From: the human T2T-CHM13v2.0 reference genome, Homo sapiens
DNA length: 64,000 nt
Assembly: GCF_009914755.1 (NCBI RefSeq)
Contig: NC_060929.1
Strand: one strand, 5' to 3'
Part shown: positions 14,427 to 24,559 of the stretch, in pieces
Layout of the letters: each line of letters begins with the position of its first letter
How positions within the stretch are numbered: position 1 is the stretch's first letter
Position numbers and translations under genes: made by a program
Notes under the pieces: generated by a model
What the model was told of the DNA's origin: nothing
The model's database searches: none
What the model saw: only the letters and a program-made list of their open reading frames with translations

Positions 14427-15140
14427 TGTTAGTGGTGGAAGGTATCCCAGTTACTGGCAGCAAGTCCCTGTGGGTCTGCAGCAACCTCAATTCTTGCCTC
14501 CTCAGAAGAAAAAATTCAAACGAGGGGCATAAAGTAGAAAAAGAGACTGAGGCAAGTTTCAGAGCAGGAGTGGAAGTTTATTAAAAAGCTTTAGAGAAGG
14601 AGAGACAAGAAAGTGTACTCGGAAGAGATCCAAGTGGGTGACTTAAAGTACAAGTGTCCCGTTTGACTCTGTTCCTAGGACTTTATAGGCTGGCCCACCT
14701 CTGGCGTCTTGTACCTTTTCCTGGTGATTCTTCCCTTAGGCTGGGCTGCCCACATGTGCAGTTGCCTCCTTGCCCTTGAGAAGTCAGCACACGCAGTGGG
14801 TTTAGGAAGTTGTATTCATGCCCATCTGAGGCTTTCTTCCCTTTTCTGGTGGAGTGCCCCTGGAAGGTCATACTCCACCATTTTGTCATAATGCTTACTT
14901 GCCCAATACCTGAGATTTTTTTGGAAGTCATTTTTGCTTCTCCCATGCGCCTGCATTCAATTAACACTTTAATGTTAACAGCTGTGGATCAACAGGAGAT
15001 TGTCTCTCCCTGGCACCAGCTGCTGAATTATCATTTTTAGAGAGGCAACGTGATCATTGTTGAAACATCACCTGATGCCTGACATTCCTGATTAGTGGGG
15101 AGACCTCTCCTGCCCCACTCATGCCTGTCTACATGTAACA
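14427..15140 (-). mobile_element. MER50 LTR (3' LTR of a HERV-FRD provirus)
   Basis: TG...CA termini; - strand TATAAA at 14682-14687 and AATAAA at 14577-14582; polypurine tract (ctcttgaggggggaa on - strand) abuts at 15141-15155. Confidence 0.88.
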
Positions 15141-15261
15141 TTCCCCCCTCAAGAGCCCAAGACCCCAAATCTTTGGGGGAAAAATGGATGAAGGTCAATC
15201 TTCTGTAACTGCTTCCTGCTGACAGAGGAACAGTGGTGGTTCTGTGGGTCTTGGCCTCTTG

Positions 15262-15756
15262 CTAGCTCTCAGGGCAGGAGGTTGACTCTATGGGTTGGTA
15301 AAAGCAGTATCTAACCAGGTTCAAGGGAGTCAGGGGCAGGATTTTGCCTCCTTCCTGTCACACTGATGGGCAGTCTAGGGGTCCCTTGTAGAAGGGTGCC
15401 TCTTCAATATTGAGAGGATGGTATCCCTCACTGAGGATCATCCAGAACTTGATGGCCTGAAGGTGAGAGGAGACACATCAGGTTATTAGATTTAGAAGAC
15501 ATGAATCAAAAAGGAGCAAAAGTCAGAGAGTAACAAGTGGTCCTAAAAAGGGAAGAACCCAGGAGAACCATTTCCAGGTTGCTTCCCAATCTAACCAACC
15601 TTGAGAGGCTCATTCCTATAACCTGGAGGCATGATTTAAGAGGAGTTTGATGTTGTCTTGTACTTTTCTTGATTGATTTACCCAAAAGCAATACTTTTCA
15701 TCCAAGGCTAAGCAAATTCCTCCCTGTGCTGCCATTAACATATCTTGTCCTCAATT
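15262..15756 (-). pseudogene. HERV-FRD env TM-subunit relic (syncytin-2-like), with multiple stops
   Basis: Manual translation: [98 protein letters not shown]...NIEEAPF; collinear with the ERVFRD-1 C-terminus. Confidence 0.9.
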
Positions 15757-15958
15757 AATTTACTTATCTTAAAACCCATGGATCCTTTTATATTTGTGGC
15801 CAACCAGTTCACCAGTGCCTCCCCACTAACTGGACTAGAACTTGTACCATAGGCTATGTATCCCCTGACATCTTTATAGTCCCTGGCAACGTCTCTCTTC
15901 AATCCACAGGTAGCCCATCCTGCCCAGGGTGAAAAGGGCTATACAATTAATTCCTCTT
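15757..15958 (+). pseudogene. Inverted HERV-FRD env SU C-terminus, furin site and fusion-peptide start
   Basis: LKTHGSFYICGQPVHQCLP/TNWTRTCTIGYVSPDIFIVPGNVSL/...LPRVKRAIQLIPL (two frameshifts), matching syncytin-2 LKTQGAFYICGQ...LPRVRRAIHFIPL. Confidence 0.88.
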
Positions 15959-17399
15959 GTGGAACTTGTGTTTCATCCCAGGGAAACACAAAGCCACTAC
16001 CCGTGGGAATGTTCAGTTGGGGATGAGGGTTGTTCTGGGGTCCCAAGCCAGAGGCACTGCCTGGCGATGAGCAGGGGGTCGGGGCTTATGGAGAGGACTC
16101 AGCTCCACTCCATAGGGTGGCTTCAGTGTGTTGCAGGTGCCAGCAATGCAACCAGGCCCTTTGTTCCTTCCCTAGCTGGAGGCTAATACATGCAGTATCA
16201 CTGCAGATGCAATGGGAGAGGGACTGTGGGTTGACTCTGGGATTTTGTCCCCAGAGAAACGGAGAGCTAACACTGACTGAAGTGTTCAGGGAGGGGCAGA
16301 GTGCTGGGGGACCCACCCAGTGAAGAGTAACAGGAGGAGGGACCTGCATGGAAAACTGGCCACTTTTCCATAAGGCAAATGTGGTGTGCTTGGGGCTCCT
16401 GTTAATCCTTAATCACTTTGCTCCTTCCTGAGGCTGAGGGCAGTAGGGGTGGTTGCTGCAGAGCAGCAAAAATTGCTGACTCGCCTGCTACCACAGGAAA
16501 CCCTTCTCAGAGAAGTGCGGAGCTGCTACCAGCCAAGATCTGAGGCGGGGGTAGGGTGGCTGGCATCCCCGGTCAGAAAGCCCTGCTGAGTGAGGAATAT
16601 CAGGGGCATGGGCCCACATGGAAAACAGCCTGGCCACTTTCTGTAAGGTAGCTGCACTGTGACAGGGGTCTGCTTTAAGTCCTTAATCACTTTGCTCCTT
16701 CCCAATCCTGAGAGTAGTAGGGGTGGGAGCAAAGGAGCAACAAAGATGGCAAGCTCTGTCCCAGAGAAGCGCAGTGCTGCTACTGACTGGAGAACTCAGG
16801 TGGAACTGAGGTAGCCATTTTAGGGTCCCAAGCCAGTGGGCCTTGCCCGGCAAAGTATAGTGGAGGCGGGCCCTGCAGTACCTTCTCCCCTTGCCCCGTG
16901 CATTTAGCCCCTATCTTGGGTGCATGTGAGGAAACCTGGCCTACCCTATTGCTGGAGCTGCAGCAGCTGATGTTGGTGTGGAATCCAAGGACACCAGGAC
17001 TCCATGTATGCCTGTGCAGCAGCTCTGCCCAGACTCCACGCATCTCTCTGTGTCAGTCTGAAGGCCCTGGTGAGGTGAAGATTGCACAGGAGCTCCTGAG
17101 CCCAGGGTTGCTGTGATCCATGGCAGAAGAGTGGGTTCTCAGGGGCTCTCACTCACGCATCATTTTCCCATGGTAGGGAGCCACCCCTCAATCTACATGA
17201 ATCCTGGGTGAGTAGCTGTCCTGTCTTGCTCCTCTCTGTTCTCCATGGGTCACATTACTTCCTTAATGAATCCCAGTGTGTCCACCTGGATGATTGAGTT
17301 GAGGAGCTAATGTTTACTTACTATACTTTCTTCTTTCCATGAGAGTAGCACACACTAGCTGCTTCTACCATCTTGGCCCCAACCCCTGTTTACAATTTT

Positions 17400-19500
17400 G
17401 TGGAATTTATTTGTATAGAAGTATTACGTTTACAACAAAGTTGAGTGAAAGGTGCAGAGATTTCCAATATATTCCCTTCCTCCACACTTGCATAGCCTCC
17501 TCCATCCATCACCAGTGTGGTACATTTTTTACAACTGATGAACCTACATTGACACATCAGTATCACCTAGAGTCCATAGTTTACATTAGAGTTCATTGTT
17601 GTTGTACATTCTATGAGTTTGAAAAAATTTATGACATATATCAATTGTAGCATCATATAGAGCAGTTTCATGGCTCTAAAAATTCTCTATGCTCTATGCC
17701 TACTTATCTCTCCCCAAAACTCCTGGCAATCACTGATCTTTTCGCTATCTCCACAGTTTTTTATTTTCTAGAATATCATATAGTTAGAATCAAACAATAT
17801 ACAGCCTATTCATATTGCCTTCTTTGACAGAGTAATATGTATTTAAGCTTCCTCCATGTCTTGTTATGACTTAATAGCTCATTTCTTCTTACCTCTGAAT
17901 ACTATTCCATTTTCTGTATATTCCATAGTTTATTCCTCCATTCACCCACTGAAGGCCGTCTTGGTTGCTCCCAAGTTTTGGCAATTATCAATAAAACTGC
18001 TATAAACATTTGTGTGCAGGTTTTTGTGTGGACATACATTTTTAACTCTTTTTGTAAACACCAAAGACTGTAATTACTGGATCATAGAGTATGAACAGGT
18101 TCAATTTTATAAGAAAATGCGAAACTGTCCTCCAAAATTATTTTATCACTTAGCATTCTCACCAGCAATGAAAGAGTTCCTGTTGCTCCATGTCGTGAGC
18201 AGCATTTGCTGTGGCCATTATTCAGGATTTTGGCCATTCTAATAGGTGTGTTGTGATATCTCATTGCTATTGGAATTTGCATTTCCCTGATGGAATATTA
18301 TATGAAGCCACCTGGATCTGCCATCTGCATATCTTCTTTGATGAGGTGTTTGTTGAAGACTGATATAGTTTGGATATTTGTCCCCATGCAAATCTCATGT
18401 TGAAATGTAATCTCCAGTGTTGGAGGTGGGACCTAGTGGGAGGTGTTGGGATCATGGGGGCAGATTCTTCATGAATGATTTGTGCCATCTTCTTAGTGAT
18501 GCTTAATATCTCTTGCTCTAAGTTCACATAAAATCTGATCATTTAAAAGTTGGTGTCACCTCCCCCACCAACTTTCTCTCTCTTGCTCCTGCTTTTGCCA
18601 TGTAATGTGCCTGCTCCAGCTTCACCTTCAACCGTGAATAAAACCTTCCTGAGGCCTTCCCAAAAGCCAAGTAATGTTGGTACCATGTTTGAACAGCCTG
18701 CAGAAACATAAGCCAATTAAACTTCTTTTCTTTATAGATTACCCAGTCTCAGGTATTTCTTTATAGTAATGCAAGAACAGCTTAATATAAGATTTTGGGC
18801 CCATTTTTTAATCAGTGGTTTGTTTTCTTTTTGTTGAGTTTTAAGAGTTGCTTGCATATTTTGGATAACAGTCCTTTATCAGATATGTCTTTGCCAACAT
18901 TTTCTCCCAGTCTACGACTTCTCTTTTATTCTCTTGACTGCATCTTTTGCAGAGTAGAACATTTTGATTTGAATAAAATTCAGCTTACCAATTCTTTCAT
19001 GGATTGTGCATATATGTAATTGAATAGATTGCTGCTATCATTATTTTGAATAAGCTCTTAGATTAAGGAAAATAAAAATTTTAATTTTACCTTTACTTAT
19101 TCCTTCTCTTATGCTCTTTATTTATATAGATCTGAGTTTCTTTTCATTCTCTCCATGGAACTTTATAAAATTTTATTGCAAGGGAGGCCTACTGGCAACA
19201 AATTTCCTTAACTTTTGTTTGTCTGAGAAAGTCTTTATTTCTCCTTCACTTTTGAAGGATAATTTTGCAAAATACAGAGTTCTAGGGTTGGTGTTCTTTT
19301 TCTCCCAACACTTTCAATATTTTATTCCATTCTTCTGTTGCTTGAAATTTCTGAAGAGAAGTCAAATGTCATTCTTATCTTTATTCTTCTGTAGGTAAAA
19401 GGGTTTTCTCCCTCTGACTTCCTTCAGTGTTTTCCTTTATTTTTGATTTCCTGTAGTTTGAAAATGATATGCCTAGATGTAGTTTTGTTGTTGTTGTTGG
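17400..19500 (-). mobile_element. L1MC-type LINE-1 3' end and upstream fragments, interrupted by an MST LTR
   Basis: gatgaacctacattgacacatc...gtccatagtttacattag is an L1MC1/2 3' UTR signature; ORF2 C-terminal remnant MRYHNTPIRMAKI at 18082-18282. Confidence 0.8.
18361..18789 (+). mobile_element. MaLR MST (MSTA/MSTB) solo LTR
   Basis: Begins tgatatagtttggatatttgtcccc, ends cccagtctcaggtatttctttatag...aatata; approximate TSD aagac/aagat. Confidence 0.9.
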
Positions 19501-19699
19501 CAGAGAATACTATGAAATCAAATGTATCCACAAGAAATATATTTTTTCTTTTTTGTTTTAATATTTTATTGCATATATTTATGATATACAATATTGGTGT
19601 TTTGATATAAGTATACCATTACATGTAAGCTGCACCTTTTGTAGGTGTCTCATGGTTCTTGAGTTGTTTGTTTTTTTTTTCTATTTTTTCAGTTTAGAG

Positions 19700-19880
19700 C
19701 CAATGATAGAAGTGCTCTTGTTGGCTGACCACACACAATCTAAAGCTAATCCCCACTTTCTTGAACCCACTCTAAAATTACCTATGGTGTGCTTTCTCCA
19801 TTACTGCAGTGAGTAATTAAACCAAATTTATTTCAATGGCATCTGTGTTCATGGTGGTCTTTAGCTGGAGGTAACTGACA
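19700..19880 (+). mobile_element. ERV LTR 3' fragment (MER21/MER77-like)
   Basis: Ends tgtgttcatggtggtctttagctggaggtaactgaca. Confidence 0.5.
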
Positions 19881-20289
19881 AACAAAACATCAAAAGTACA
19901 TAAAATACAATAATGTTCACTGTGGCAATGTTTAAATAACAAAATACTGTAAAGCAAACTAAAGGTCCATCCTTTGGGTACTGAAAATAAATTTTAGTCT
20001 CCCTTTTAAGGGAATACTATGTACCTTTTCAAAAGAATGAGGTATATCTGTGTGTGCTGATATGGAAAGATCTCTAAATTATGAAGCAACAAAGCCAAGT
20101 ATAAAAAAATGTGGACATTATAACTCAATCTTTATGCATCTTTAAATGCTGCATAATACCTTTTGCTGTTCTCAACTGCCTTTTAGAAGAAGCAGAAGAA
20201 GGAGGCACAGGAGTAGAAGAAGATCTTAGAAAGAAAACAAAGAAATATATTTGCCTTTTCATTTTCTACAGAGGCACCATGTTAACACA

Positions 20290-20710
20290 ATTCAATAAGA
20301 ATTTACTAGACACCTACTAGACACGAGATATTTTGCTAGGTCACACAGGAAAAGAACAAGATAGGATCCCTGTCATTTAGGTACACAAGATTTGCAAGCA
20401 GAAAAATATATGTTAAAAAGTGAGAAAATCTGGAATATGATAAACTCAAATAAAAATGCACAGTTCATGGATATAGAGTAAGATTTATTCTGTTTGGGGC
20501 ATCATTGAACATTTCATAGAGAAATGGAATTTGAGCAGGACATTGAAAACAGAATAAAATCGGGTGATTGTGATAGAGAAGAAAGTGTAGGTGAAAATTA
20601 GTGGACATAGGAAAAGCATTGTGAGTGCTCTGGAAATGAGCACTTCAATTACACAGTACCTGGCACATTGCAAAACACAATGAATATGTGTTGAATAAAC
20701 AAAATGTGGA
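20290..20710. mobile_element. L2 3'-end fragments in both orientations
   Basis: ttcaataagaatttactagacacctact (- strand) and acagtacctggcacattg...gttgaataaac (+ strand). Confidence 0.6.
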
Positions 20711-21312
20711 AATGAATTAATGCTGTACAAAAAGAAGAAAAGGGGCCAAGGTGACAGTTTGCCCACTCCTACCAAAATGATATGAATAAGAACAACAAAA
20801 TATTGTTCTGGAGTTGTGAATCCAGCTAAGTATTTTTCAAGGGCTTATATCTGTTTTCCAGTGTTCCCTTGAAGAATTCACATTTTGCAATTTTAAATTA
20901 TTGCTACTGTCTAAGGAGTTTGAGTCAGATAATTAATGGGTACTATTGGGAAATAAAACCCTGTGGCATAAATTTAAAGTTTCACTTATTTTGAGGCAAC
21001 TTTAGAATCACCTGACTTATGAGAACACACAGGTCAACTCTTTCCCACCTATCCCCAAAGAGTGCAGGGCAGGCATAGCCTGGATGTTCAATATTTGTCA
21101 GATAGAAACTAATATAATCAAAATCCAGGTCCTTTGTCCACAGAATCACGTTTGTTGTGCTCTGTAAATTAATCATTTATGTGGTGACAGGATGAATAAT
21201 CCAAAAGCTTAGTTCATTTCCTATCAAGTAGAGAAATAATGATATTTGAAAAATGAACACAATAATATTTGATGTTTCGATAATCAGTCTTATTTGATCA
21301 AATTTCCCATAG

Positions 21313-21414
21313 ATTCTGGAACAACTAGTGATAGAGGAATTATTTCTAAAGGGGACAGAAATTGTGGCAGCTTTGTCTGCTTTATTGACATTAATGGTAC
21401 CAGAAAAACCCATT
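21313..21414 (+). CDS. Candidate 102-bp internal exon, gene unidentified
   Basis: Acceptor tttcccatag|A, donor ATT|gtatgt; two open frames (ILEQLVIEELFLKGTEIVAALSALLTLMVPEKPI or SGTTSDRGIISKGDRNCGSFVCFIDINGTRKTH); no repeat recognised. Confidence 0.45.
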
Positions 21415-21775
21415 GTATGTGCCCAGCCAAGCCACTTCCTCTCTATCATGTCTCTGGACTTCTGACCCAGCACACTCACACCGGAAGTCTCAGGACTGCA
21501 TAACAAGCCATAGTGAACATCGAGTCCCCAGCTCAAGATATTTCTGGAGTTTGCCACTACACTGTAATATGTGCCAAGCAGAACCAGAAGCTTTTCGCAA
21601 ATAGTACATCCCATTTCTTCCTCCCACAGGAGCCCCTAAGCAACCCTTAGTTCATGACCTGCTTGCTTTTCACTGATCTCTTTCTGTCACCATCAGATTA
21701 GGTAACACTGCCTCTCAGCTATATGCTCTCTGACTCCCCAGATGAGGTGCAGAACTTCTGCATGCAGCCCAGGCT

Positions 21776-22137
21776 TGGTTAGTCTGTTTATGCTGTTATA
21801 ACAAAATACCTGAAACTGGGTAATTTACAAACAATAGGTATATAGATCTGGAGGTTAGGAAGCCCAAGATCAAGGCACCAGCAGTTGGGTGTCTAGTGAG
21901 GGCCAGGGATCTGGCTCCAAGATGCCACCTTGAATGCTGTGTCTTCACATGATGGAAGGGATAGAAGGGCAAAAGGGCCTAGCTGGTTACCTCCAGTCCT
22001 TTTATGATCACATCCTGTTCATGAGGGCTGTGCTCTCCTAATTTAATCAGCTTTTAAAGGCTATACTTTTTAATACTATCATATTGGTGATTAAGTTTTA
22101 ACATGTGAATTTTAGGGGACACACTTAGACCATAGCA
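21776..22137 (-). mobile_element. MaLR LTR (MSTC/MSTD/MLT1A-like)
   Basis: ttagtctgtttatgctgttataacaaaatacctgaaactgggtaattt ... ggggacacacttagaccatagca. Confidence 0.85.
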
Positions 22138-23250
22138 CCAGTATAATCCAAGATCTAGAAAAATATGATTAAAAGTGTCCTGGTTGGTCTATACTAGGCT
22201 ACCTAAAAAAAGAGGAGGGCCAGAGAGGCAGTCCTTATTCTTAAGAACCATTTGAATATGACATCCAAGAACATGAGAGAAACACCTGGGAACATCTAAG
22301 GCTGCATGTCCCCCGGATAGGAAACCAAATATTTTGAGAAAGAGTATCAAGGCAAGCATAGTGACCCATGTAGTACACTGGGGTTTCACCCAAGTGGTTT
22401 AGAGGCTTAAGCAGTGGCTTTGAAATGTAGTTATATATGTGCTAGCATGTTTTTTTCCAAATATGCATGCCTGGGCTTACCTAGAAAAGTAACCTGGATC
22501 TCTGATAGTGGAAGGTAAGTAATTTGTATTTTCAGAAAGCTTCTCAGATCTGATTGTTGTTCTTGCTTAAGCACTGGACTTGAGTAAACTAGAGGTATTG
22601 AATATAAATATCATGGTTAGTAGCTTTATCCATCCGCCTGGGGGAATGGTCTGGATTGTGTTTCCCAGTAGAGGGATCAGTACCTATATCATTTGGATTG
22701 CTTTGCAAGGGAGTAGGAAGAAAGGAGAAAAGTGGGGAGAAAAGTAGCTTACCACTGGGATGCCCTGCGTAGAGCTAGGTATTGAAATTATAAGGCTCCA
22801 GGAAAGATCTTTATCTTGTGTGCTGGGGTTGAATTGAGTGGTCGGGGAGCAAGGGAATGGTTATTTGTGTAACCCCAGTTTATAATTCCCTCTGGATTAC
22901 AACTGTAAAGAAAAGTTTCTTTCAGTGGTTTAGGTTAACAAAGGCTTTCTTTATGGTGGTGGTGGCAGGGATTCTGTAGCTACCACTAGTGACAATGATA
23001 TTGTATAATAGAGCTTCTAATTTTTTTCCTATGTCCATTCCTGGGCCACAGATACTAAGGAAGCTGAAGTGACCATGAAAGCTATACCGGGTGATTTGCT
23101 TTGGGAAAGATGGCTCCACATTGGTGTGGGAAAACTGATTCACAGAATTGTGGGGTTCTTACAAGGTGTTCCAGGCCATTCAGTTCTCTTATATCTTCTT
23201 GGTATAAAAAGTGCTTTTTTCTTTTTTTTTTAAATTCATCAATAAAATTT

Positions 23251-23316
23251 GAGGTGGTAGCAGTTAGTTACTCGCCCACATTCGAGGTGGTAGCAGTTAG
23301 TTACTCATCCACATTC
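23251..23316. repeat. 33-bp tandem duplication
   Basis: gaggtggtagcagttagttactc(gc/at)ccacattc x2, 2 mismatches. Confidence 0.95.
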
Positions 23317-23463
23317 TTGCCACTTGGTTTTTGAAGAAAGCCAGTCTCAAATAAAATGTTTTCACACATATAAACATTTTTAGACAAATATTTATTAACA
23401 AAGATAATGGTTAAGAAATCCTTTCTGTAAGCTTGATGAAGTCCCATTTCTCTGTCCTTTAAG

Positions 23464-23669
23464 ATGCTCCAAGTATACCAGAGGTACCAGAGGTTCATGA
23501 GGCAATTCCCAAGTGTGTGTCTTCTAGTGGGCATGAGGCAAACAGATATTCTCAAACCAATGAATGGCTGGACACAAGATCTATTAAGGAGCAAGCCTTG
23601 GATGTCATTCATAATGGGTTCAGGATACAAGCCTTCGTGGATCCTTACATTTACATAATGCAAAATTGA
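23464..23669 (+). CDS. Candidate terminal coding exon, gene unidentified
   Basis: Acceptor cccatttctctgtcctttaag|A; open frames to TAA 23658 and TGA 23669; AATAAA at 23739-23744. Confidence 0.45.
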
Positions 23670-23738
23670 GAAAAATTCTAATTTCAGTAATGAGAGTTAC
23701 ATGTAACATCTATTGTTAAAAAAGCCATTATTTTTAGT

Positions 23739-23744
23739 AATAAA
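23739..23744 (+). terminator. Candidate polyadenylation signal
   Basis: AATAAA 70 nt after the candidate stop, followed by a T-rich tract. Confidence 0.35.
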
Positions 23745-24199
23745 ATCCATTTTTTTACTTTCAGTATGTTAAATAGATAAGTATGGGTTATCTCCATATG
23801 GATTAATCAACATATGGATTGCCATACCAACGTATGGGTTAATCAACATATAATTGCCAACATGGGTTATGGTACTTGACTCAATGCTGGCTGAGCACTG
23901 CCAGGCAGTGCATTCTTGACCACATGCTAACTGACTGCCTGCAGATGTGAAACTTAAACTAAGGCCATATATATCATATTGTGTAAAACAAAGCATTTTA
24001 AAATAAATTGCCTATATTGATATAGGAGTCTTTTTTTTTCCAGTGAAGCATATACCTACAGACCTAGGATGGAGGCTTGCTTTACTCAGGACACTGATAG
24101 ACTCATAACTTCTCCTATAAAACTATGGACCTAAAACCATGTGACCTAAAAATAATCCACTAAAAATAATAATTATAATACTATTAACATTTGTATGTA

Positions 24200-24420
24200 T
24201 ATTTATAATTATAATACTACTTAACATTTATCAAGAATATTATATTTCAAACACTGTGCTAAATATTTTACATCTACTTTCTAAATTATTACAGCAACCC
24301 ATGAAGAGTACTTTTAATTCCATTTTGCAGAGGAAGAAATTGAACCAAAGGAAGAATACATAGTTTGACCAGGATCGCACAGAGAGTATTTCACAGAGGA
24401 GTCCAATGCCCAGACTCTTT
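24200..24420 (-). mobile_element. MIR SINE
   Basis: acagcaacccatgaagag...ccattttgcagaggaagaaattga. Confidence 0.75.
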
Positions 24421-24559
24421 TGTAGTACTCTGTTGCCCCAAGGAAGTGTGTGCTGTTTGCTTTTAAGGAAGCTCTACTTTCCTTTTCTAAAACAGTTATC
24501 AAATCTGGTCACCTCTCTGCATCTCTACTTCCATTATCCTGTCCTAGCCACCATCCTTT

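Larger units (their letters stand above)
10102..17386 (-). mobile_element. Near-full-length old primate LINE-1 (L1PA13-16-like) with an internal ORF2 deletion and a nested HERV-FRD
   Basis: 3' UTR at 10105-10300; ORF2 start MTRSNLHISILILNVN at 12641; decayed ORF1 about 12700-13700; repeat-rich 5' UTR ending ccatcttggcccc; probable TSD tgtttaca at 10094-10101 and 17387-17394. Confidence 0.88.

Noticed and set aside
14427-15958. The ERVFRD-1 (syncytin-2) gene itself, or an L1-made processed copy
   Set aside because: Multiple stops, frameshifts and loss of most of SU exclude the functional gene; a complete U5 end without poly-A argues against a processed pseudogene
22505-22535. Strong donor GAAG|gtaagt as an additional exon
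   Set aside because: It appears to lie in a degenerate MER5-like relic, and no convincing acceptor or frame lies upstream
23251-23316. CRISPR-like direct repeats
   Set aside because: Only two adjacent copies, no spacers, no cas genes, primate context
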